Positions 58,109 through 64,000 of a stretch of 64,000 nucleotides of DNA are shown piece by piece. The DNA is from a virus. Lineage: Duplodnaviria; Heunggongvirae; Uroviricota; Caudoviricetes. The position numbers and the translations under genes are program-made. Positions within the stretch are counted from its first letter, which is position 1. Each line of letters opens with the position of its first letter. The stretch spans positions 81,241 to 145,240 of the IMG/VR virus record IMGVR_UViG_3300028832_000098; one strand, given 5' to 3'. Below the pieces are notes generated by a model that saw only the letters and a program-made list of their open reading frames with translations, was not told the DNA's origin and made no database searches.

Positions 58109-58521
58109 TGGAACCATTAAAAACATATTCTGATTTTATAGCGGAAGGCTTACACGATATAGATATTCCTGAGATTCTTTATCATGCGACATTGAAGTCG
58201 AGGTTGAAATCTATCAAAGAGAAAGGACTCGGAGCCAGCAGTAGGAAGATGTGGAGCTTTTCATCGCCGGGCGTGGTATGCCTGACTGATGACGAGAACT
58301 GTGCTTTTGATTTTGTATATGAGAGTGAATATGCAGAAGAGCACGATGTTGATGAAGAAAATATAATTGTCTTGAAAATAAATACAAATAGCCTTGACAA
58401 GAATCTTTTCGTGAAGGATGAGAACTTTAACGCGGACGAAGGTTTTTCGATATGCTACAAAGGAATCATTCCTTTTTCATGTGTTGAGGCTGTTCTGACA
58501 TATAATGACATTGCCCAATAA
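58108..58521 (+). CDS. Small protein with CTS-like N-terminus MEPLKTYSDFIAEG (closest to T4 IPIII MKTYQEFIAE); possible minimal ART-like R/S-x-S/E-x-E arrangement
   Basis: N-terminus seen directly; the ART idea rests only on the spaced KSRL...SFSSPG...ESEYAEE. Confidence 0.45.
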   Translation: MEPLKTYSDFIAEGLHDIDIPEILYHATLKSRLKSIKEKGLGASSRKMWSFSSPGVVCLTDDENCAFDFVYESEYAEEHDVDEENIIVLKINTNSLDKNLFVKDENFNADEGFSICYKGIIPFSCVEAVLTYNDIAQ

Positions 58522-59185
58522 AATGAATATAGTTATTATCGGCCATAATGAAGGAGAGACGATAGAAAGAATGTCAAAAGAGCTTGACAAATTCTTTCTG
58601 AAAGATAAAAAGATATGGGTTCTTGACAGATGTGATGACAATAGCGAAGAGCTATGTCATAAGTTGAGCCTTAACTACATTAAGACTCCGAATACCTGGA
58701 AAGGTAGGATGGTTTCATCTGCAAGAAATCTTGGACTTTCAGTATGTGACAAAGACAGCGACGTTCTTTTCCTTGACGGCGACAGGTATCCGGTTTCCGG
58801 CCATAAAGATTTCCATTTATATAACAGCGACATACTGCTATTCCTTGTAGAGAATGATGAGCGGGATGACCCTAAATGGTTTACAGATTATAGCCAGATA
58901 TATGGACATCTTCATAACGGCTTTTATTCATGCGGTCTGTTTATGAAACGCAGCGCAATAAACAAGGTCCTTGAATTCCAGGGAGAACTGTTCAGTACGG
59001 ATATTGAGAGATTTTGGGGTGTTGAAGACGTACATCTCGGAGATGTTTGCTTTCATCTTGGACTGACTTGCAAGATTCATAAGAAAATGAGACTAAGAGG
59101 CAGTTTCGACAAGGATAAGAGGATACCTTTGGATGCCTGGCGGGCAAGGGTTGCGAAGAGACTGCCTCTAAACATTATCTGGTAA
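58505..59185 (+). CDS. Putative glycosyltransferase (GT-A fold, DxD)
   Basis: NIVIIGHNEGETI...VLFLDGDRYP. Confidence 0.45.
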   Translation: MTLPNKMNIVIIGHNEGETIERMSKELDKFFLKDKKIWVLDRCDDNSEELCHKLSLNYIKTPNTWKGRMVSSARNLGLSVCDKDSDVLFLDGDRYPVSGHKDFHLYNSDILLFLVENDERDDPKWFTDYSQIYGHLHNGFYSCGLFMKRSAINKVLEFQGELFSTDIERFWGVEDVHLGDVCFHLGLTCKIHKKMRLRGSFDKDKRIPLDAWRARVAKRLPLNIIW

Positions 59186-59215
59186 ACCATAAATATATAA
59201 AAACAATATAATACT

Positions 59216-59566
59216 ATGGAAGCTACTACTTTTCAAGATTTTAAGGATTCTGTAAAGGAATATTTCAATGACGCCTTCAGCGGTTTGATAGACGGTACTC
59301 CGGAATTCGAATACAGTGGTTATTATGTGGAAATCGAAGCTGACCTCACAGCAAACTGCAGCAGGGAGACATTTGACGAGCAGCTGTTCGAATTTATGTC
59401 AAGACTTAGGTCGACATGGAGGGAGTTGGGTTTTGTAGAAATGCCAAGTGTCGAATACGAACCTGATGAAGTCGAAATAAAAATACGTTCTTCTGTGCAG
59501 ATTGAAAACTTTTTTGATGAACAGGAGAACAGGTTATTGTCATTCAGCGAATTCAGTAAAAATTAA
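59216..59566 (+). CDS. acidic hypothetical protein
   Basis: 116-aa ORF. Confidence 0.4.
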   Translation: MEATTFQDFKDSVKEYFNDAFSGLIDGTPEFEYSGYYVEIEADLTANCSRETFDEQLFEFMSRLRSTWRELGFVEMPSVEYEPDEVEIKIRSSVQIENFFDEQENRLLSFSEFSKN

Positions 59567-59570
59567 AGCT

Positions 59571-59702
59571 ATGCCGATTCAGAAAGTTAAAGGTGGATAC
59601 AAGTTCGGGCAAACAGGGAAGGTGTTCCCGACAAAGCATCAGGCGGAAGCCCAGATGAAGGCGATGTATGCCAATGGATATAAGTCTGAAAAAAACAAAT
59701 AA
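59571..59702 (+). CDS. small hypothetical protein (MPIQKVKGGYKFGQTGKVFPTKHQAEAQMKAMYANGYKSEKNK)
   Basis: Start trimmed to the ATG following the upstream stop; the track ORF began inside the previous gene. Confidence 0.3.
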   Translation: MPIQKVKGGYKFGQTGKVFPTKHQAEAQMKAMYANGYKSEKNK

Positions 59703-59712
59703 AAATTAGGAC

Positions 59713-60684
59713 ATGAAACGATTACCTACAAAAGAAGAATTTGAAAGTCTGTTCAAATCGAGAGATATAACATTTAGGGAATACTCTTTAAATGGCGTGC
59801 AAGTATTCAGAATATCATCCGCTTCAACAGGGGCAAATATATTCATACCGGCGAACTCCTCTATGACTGATTCTGAAGGAAATGAGATGAAGGTTGCGAA
59901 TACCTGGACTTCAACTCCTGTATTCAAAGGCTTTTCATATACTTGTTCTATTCTTTCAAGTTATGGAGAAATATATCCTGTATGTCAACCAATGCTAAAA
60001 GGAACGCAATGCAATGTACGTCTTGTATCTGATAATCCTGATGAAGGCATTGAACTAATTAAAGGTTCAGGTATATATTGGTGTGAAGAGAATGAAGGCG
60101 CTGATAATCCGGAGCAAGCTGGTAATTCCTATGATTGGGATACTGCTGTCGCAAAATTTGGTAAGGCGAAAGAAATTACTGAAAATAAAGACATACCAGG
60201 ACAGATAAATCTTCCTGACAGAGAGCAAATGTCAGAGCTTGTCAATAACTGCGTTTGGACTTGGAAGCGGGACATAGAGACAGGACAGTGGGGATATAAT
60301 GTGAAAGGTCCTAACGGAAACAAGATATTCCTGCCGGTAAACCTTTATGAAAGCAATGCTGAGTATGGTTATTTCGTAGGCTACTATTGGATAGCCCCAG
60401 GACCTGATGGCAAACTGCAGGCTCTTAAATTCGATAAGGACACGATAGACATTATCAGCGGCGATATACTGTCTGACAAGATGGGAAGCATACGTGAATG
60501 CGGCGACTTGAAAACGGACTGTATCGACCTTGGTCTTGAAACGGCATGGAGCACTGAGAATAACGGTAACGGAGAAGCTTATTACTGGAATGAGATTAAA
60601 GAACACATACAAGGTTTTAATGATGATGATATACTTGAATCCTTTGACGAGTTCAGTAAGAAATTCTCGGTAAACCATAAATAA
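59713..60684 (+). CDS. hypothetical protein with FISUMP-like (Fibrobacter/Bacteroidota paralogous domain) features
   Basis: GSGIYWCEENEGADNPEQAGNSYDWDTAV...INLPDREQMSELVNNC...YGYFVGYYW pattern. Weak evidence. Confidence 0.4.
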   Translation: MKRLPTKEEFESLFKSRDITFREYSLNGVQVFRISSASTGANIFIPANSSMTDSEGNEMKVANTWTSTPVFKGFSYTCSILSSYGEIYPVCQPMLKGTQCNVRLVSDNPDEGIELIKGSGIYWCEENEGADNPEQAGNSYDWDTAVAKFGKAKEITENKDIPGQINLPDREQMSELVNNCVWTWKRDIETGQWGYNVKGPNGNKIFLPVNLYESNAEYGYFVGYYWIAPGPDGKLQALKFDKDTIDIISGDILSDKMGSIRECGDLKTDCIDLGLETAWSTENNGNGEAYYWNEIKEHIQGFNDDDILESFDEFSKKFSVNHK

Positions 60685-60720
60685 ATTTGGAAATTATTGT
60701 TTATTATATTATATAAGGCT

Positions 60721-61980
60721 ATGGATAGAGAACATTTAATGACTTTTAATGAATTCAGAGAATCAAAGAGATTTAATGAGAATTCTGAAATAGAAGGAGA
60801 AAAGACTCTCGACAGAGTAAGTGAATGGCTTAGCAAATTCGCTCAGAATTATATAGATTTAGGCGAAAGAGGTGACGGCTATGAAGCTTATGTCACATTT
60901 GATACTGACAGTATGCTTAATGACATGAGTGACTATTTTGAGAGAATAGGTGATTTTACTGTAAATAATATCATTAACTGGATTAGAACTCATACGCAAT
61001 ATCTTGAAATTGATGACAAGATAGAAGGTTTTGCTCGTGATATGATAAGCTTCGATGTTAATTCATTGATAGCAGATATGACAGCTGACCTTAATTTGCA
61101 ATATGATGAGTCAAAAGCCGTTAACGAAGGTGTTTTCGGGATGTTTGCAAATACTATGAAATGGTGGCCGCAGTTTTCAAAGAATCCAAGAATAGCAAAT
61201 GAACTTGCGAACAAAGACAAAGAAACACGCCGCGGTTATTTCTGGGCGAAGTCAAAGAATATCGGTGATTTGAAAAAAGCAGTCAAAGCTATAGCGGAAT
61301 ACGCTGACGTATATCTGCAGCAGCTGAAGATGCAATTGACTGACGAAGCAGGAAAAGATGTGTCGTCTCTATTGAATATCGGCTCTTATAAAGGTTCTGG
61401 TAAAAAGCTTCTTGACATGAATCAGAATGTCATCAACTTTAAGAACAAGCAGCTTGCTCTAAAGAATGGAATGTATAAGAAGGCTGCGACTACGGCAATA
61501 GAGCGAATTCCTGATGAGAAGGCAAAGGAATGGGCGAATTCAATGCTTGCCTATGCAGAGCTTTGTGTTATCGATATAATCCTTAACGACGATAAAATTA
61601 AGAGCACGACAAATGTTGATGCTATCGAAAATGAATGGGATAAGTTCAAGAATATGAGGAATCAAGTCATTGACAATCTTACTGATGAAGCTGAAAAACA
61701 GTATCAGAAAAATGTCAGTGAAATGAACAAGCCTGAAAACAAGCTTAAAGCAATCGGCAGCATCATATCATCGTTTAAGGATAATCTTAAGAAGATGTCT
61801 AAATCTGTTGCTCCAAGTGATTACAACGAGTTGAAAAATAGACTCGAAAAGATTACTAATGAAATCAACGACGCTCAAAAGATTACTGATGAAGAAGAAC
61901 TTGAAAAGAAAATCAGTGAGCTTGTTAAGAGCAAAGATGAGATAGAGCTGGACATCAAACAGGCGGCAAAATCAAAATAA
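60721..61980 (+). CDS. coiled-coil hypothetical protein with CTS-like N-terminus (MDREHLMTFNEFRES)
   Basis: Start trimmed from the track ORF to the ATG at 60721. Confidence 0.45.
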   Translation: MDREHLMTFNEFRESKRFNENSEIEGEKTLDRVSEWLSKFAQNYIDLGERGDGYEAYVTFDTDSMLNDMSDYFERIGDFTVNNIINWIRTHTQYLEIDDKIEGFARDMISFDVNSLIADMTADLNLQYDESKAVNEGVFGMFANTMKWWPQFSKNPRIANELANKDKETRRGYFWAKSKNIGDLKKAVKAIAEYADVYLQQLKMQLTDEAGKDVSSLLNIGSYKGSGKKLLDMNQNVINFKNKQLALKNGMYKKAATTAIERIPDEKAKEWANSMLAYAELCVIDIILNDDKIKSTTNVDAIENEWDKFKNMRNQVIDNLTDEAEKQYQKNVSEMNKPENKLKAIGSIISSFKDNLKKMSKSVAPSDYNELKNRLEKITNEINDAQKITDEEELEKKISELVKSKDEIELDIKQAAKSK

Positions 61981-61988
61981 TTTAATAT

Positions 61989-62204
61989 ATGTGTACAGAA
62001 CAAAGTAAAGACGAACGAATCAAAGAGCTTGAAGACGAACTGAAAGAGCACAAGCAAGAGCTTAAAAATTACAGGGACGCATGGCTTGAGTCTGAGGAAA
62101 GACACAAGATAAGCAGAAAGATAATTGATGAGCTTAACGGAAAAAATGCGAGGATGTGTCTCGAGCTCAAAGCTTTAAAAGAAAAATATAAGGAGAAAAC
62201 ATAA
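61989..62204 (+). CDS. small coiled-coil protein
   Basis: 71 aa, heptad-rich. Confidence 0.35.
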   Translation: MCTEQSKDERIKELEDELKEHKQELKNYRDAWLESEERHKISRKIIDELNGKNARMCLELKALKEKYKEKT

Positions 62205-63064
62205 TGGCTGCATACGAAGACTTCTTTAAGAACAAAGGCGCAGAAAGGCATAATCTCGTAGATTCCTGCGACAGGGATTCTGTAGATTGCCTTAACGCGT
62301 TTATCAGGGATTTACAGGAAGAAATGACTGTAAGCTGCATGATACCTTTCACAATACCGGAAAGAGCTATTACCTTGATTATAAAAGACGCGAAAGAATT
62401 GTTCTACAGAATATACGAGGATGCGGTCGAAGTCCAATATTTTGCGATAAAGCATGACGTCTTGCATAATACTTTGTTCAGAAAGGGAGTAGACGACAAT
62501 ACCGATAAGACTGCGACAAGAGGTCGTCTTATCCTGCCTGAAAATGTCGTTTCAGTTACTGCCGTGTATGAAGTCGGTAATTATAACGGCGAGGCCGGCG
62601 GTAATAGATGGAGGTCAAATGTCAATGACTGGTGGGCTATAAATGGAGATTTCTACAGTTACGGCCGTACAGCAATCGCTGCGACAGGCCTTGAATACTG
62701 GATAATAGAGTCGAGCTTCTTTGACCAAATGCAGCGAATATTCCAGCATCCGATAGGCTTTAATTATAACAGGCTTACGAAAAGGCTTACGTTCACGGGC
62801 GAGCTTCCGAGGACGGATGTCGTTCTTGATGTTTATACTGCTGTTGATGACTGCTCTCTGTTTACAGACCCTTATTTCAAAAATTATATTATGGCACAGT
62901 GCAAGATTCAGTTGCGCCGTGTCATTTCTTCATTTGGCAATAAGCTTATCGGTGACGTGACAATAAACTATGACGCAATCGCTAATGAGGGTCAGGCTGA
63001 AGTTTCCGCGATACTTGCAGATATAAAGGCGGACCATGCGAATTCATATTGGATTTCTGTTTAG
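62204..63064 (+). CDS. hypothetical (possibly structural) protein
   Basis: 286-aa ORF. Confidence 0.45.
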   Translation: MAAYEDFFKNKGAERHNLVDSCDRDSVDCLNAFIRDLQEEMTVSCMIPFTIPERAITLIIKDAKELFYRIYEDAVEVQYFAIKHDVLHNTLFRKGVDDNTDKTATRGRLILPENVVSVTAVYEVGNYNGEAGGNRWRSNVNDWWAINGDFYSYGRTAIAATGLEYWIIESSFFDQMQRIFQHPIGFNYNRLTKRLTFTGELPRTDVVLDVYTAVDDCSLFTDPYFKNYIMAQCKIQLRRVISSFGNKLIGDVTINYDAIANEGQAEVSAILADIKADHANSYWISV

Positions 63065-63079
63065 ACATTTCAAGATAAT

Positions 63080-63087
63080 TATAAATA
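63080..63087 (+). promoter_or_regulatory. T4-type late promoter TATAAATA
   Basis: 24 nt upstream of the ATG at 63112. Confidence 0.4.
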
Positions 63088-63111
63088 TATAGAACATAAA
63101 AAATTAAAGAT

Positions 63112-64000
63112 ATGGGGTTATTTAAAGACAATCTTAATAAATTGGGCTATATGACGGAAGCAGAAGACATGTCTGCTTCTGAAGGTTCTGCTGCTCAGGA
63201 AAAAGAAAAAGAAGTTGATTCAAAAATCAATAATGCAGATTTTGGAGCAAACTTATTGTCACACCGTCCTATTCTTGCGAAAGCAGCTGTAATGCTTGTA
63301 CGCAAAATTAAAGGTGCGATTGTTTCTCCTGTAATAATGCTTGTTAACGGTAAAGAATGTGCATATATCGAATCTGAAAAGAAAAGGATATTGCTACATT
63401 ACAATAATTCAAATATCATAGCTTACGTCTATGAGCCAAAAGAAGGTATGAGTGTCGAAAATATAAAGACTGACAAAATTCAGACTTCTGAACTTGGTTT
63501 GACGGCATTTATAGAGAAACTGCTTGAAATCATAGGCGAAACAAAAGAAGTTAACGAAAGTCTTAAAGATGACCGTGTTGCTCAGTTGACTCAACTTGTG
63601 CCTGACATCGCGTTAAGGCTTCAATCAGTTTCAAGGCTTGGATTATGCAAGCAGCTTATGCAGGACCCAAGAATCTATAATTTGTATGGTGGTAAGATTG
63701 CGAACCTCAACCAAGATATTATGGACCGTATTCAACCTACGGCACCTGGTGTTTCAGGTGGTTCTGCTCCAAGCATACCAAGCGCTCCCGCTCCATCTGC
63801 TGCAAGTACGCCTGCAGCGCCTGTCATTCCAGCCGGACTTAATATCGTGAATAATGTAAGTATTGCTCCTACTGAAGAAGAGCTTGACGAGAAAATCGAA
63901 GAAGCCATTGAAATATATGAGCGTGAATATGACGAAGACCTGGCTACAATCGCAGGTGTTACAAAAGATATGTGTGACGCTGTGAGAGGTAAGAAGATGC
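63112..64000 (+). CDS. hypothetical protein, 3'-partial (runs off the window); Pro/Ala/Ser-rich linker
   Basis: Open frame from the ATG at 63112 to the window end (not in the ORF track because it has no stop). Contains the domain paralogous to the 45957..46739 N-terminus. Confidence 0.45.
   Translation, partial: MGLFKDNLNKLGYMTEAEDMSASEGSAAQEKEKEVDSKINNADFGANLLSHRPILAKAAVMLVRKIKGAIVSPVIMLVNGKECAYIESEKKRILLHYNNSNIIAYVYEPKEGMSVENIKTDKIQTSELGLTAFIEKLLEIIGETKEVNESLKDDRVAQLTQLVPDIALRLQSVSRLGLCKQLMQDPRIYNLYGGKIANLNQDIMDRIQPTAPGVSGGSAPSIPSAPAPSAASTPAAPVIPAGLNIVNNVSIAPTEEELDEKIEEAIEIYEREYDEDLATIAGVTKDMCDAVRGKKM

Overview
This AT-rich (~36% GC) window reads as a contiguous segment of a distantly T4-like myovirus genome, with no recognisable host housekeeping genes. 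The host is probably a Bacteroidota member: low GC, DUF285 and BspA-type LRR repeat proteins, a FISUMP-like domain, a lipobox lipoprotein, weak or absent SD sequences and A/C-rich leaders. From about 1.8 to 41.4 kb nearly all genes are on the minus strand. They include the portal (gp20-like), a structural protein with PKD/Ig-like repeats, an SPFH lipoprotein, a gp55-like region-2-only sigma candidate, tail sheath (gp18-like), a fused prohead protease and scaffold (gp21-like), the gp23-like major capsid protein and a sugar/ATP-grasp enzyme cluster. At the low-coordinate end sits a run of small proteins that begin with a T4 IPIII-like capsid-targeting peptide, one of which is an NAD-dependent DNA ligase. 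A 750-bp strand-switch region (41.45-42.2 kb) carries iteron-like ACGT-core repeats, an AT-rich tract and several perfect hairpins, and is followed by a gene for a DnaA domain-IV-like protein; I read it as a candidate origin. From 42.2 kb onward genes are on the plus strand: more CTS-tagged proteins, three long tail-fibre proteins with Hep_Hag-like or phage-fibre repeats, a BspA-LRR protein and a glycosyltransferase. Two different TnpB (IS200/IS605 OrfB) genes are present, one with a decayed divergent tnpA. T4-type TATAAATA late-promoter motifs and several intrinsic terminators are visible. Most other ORFs are hypothetical.
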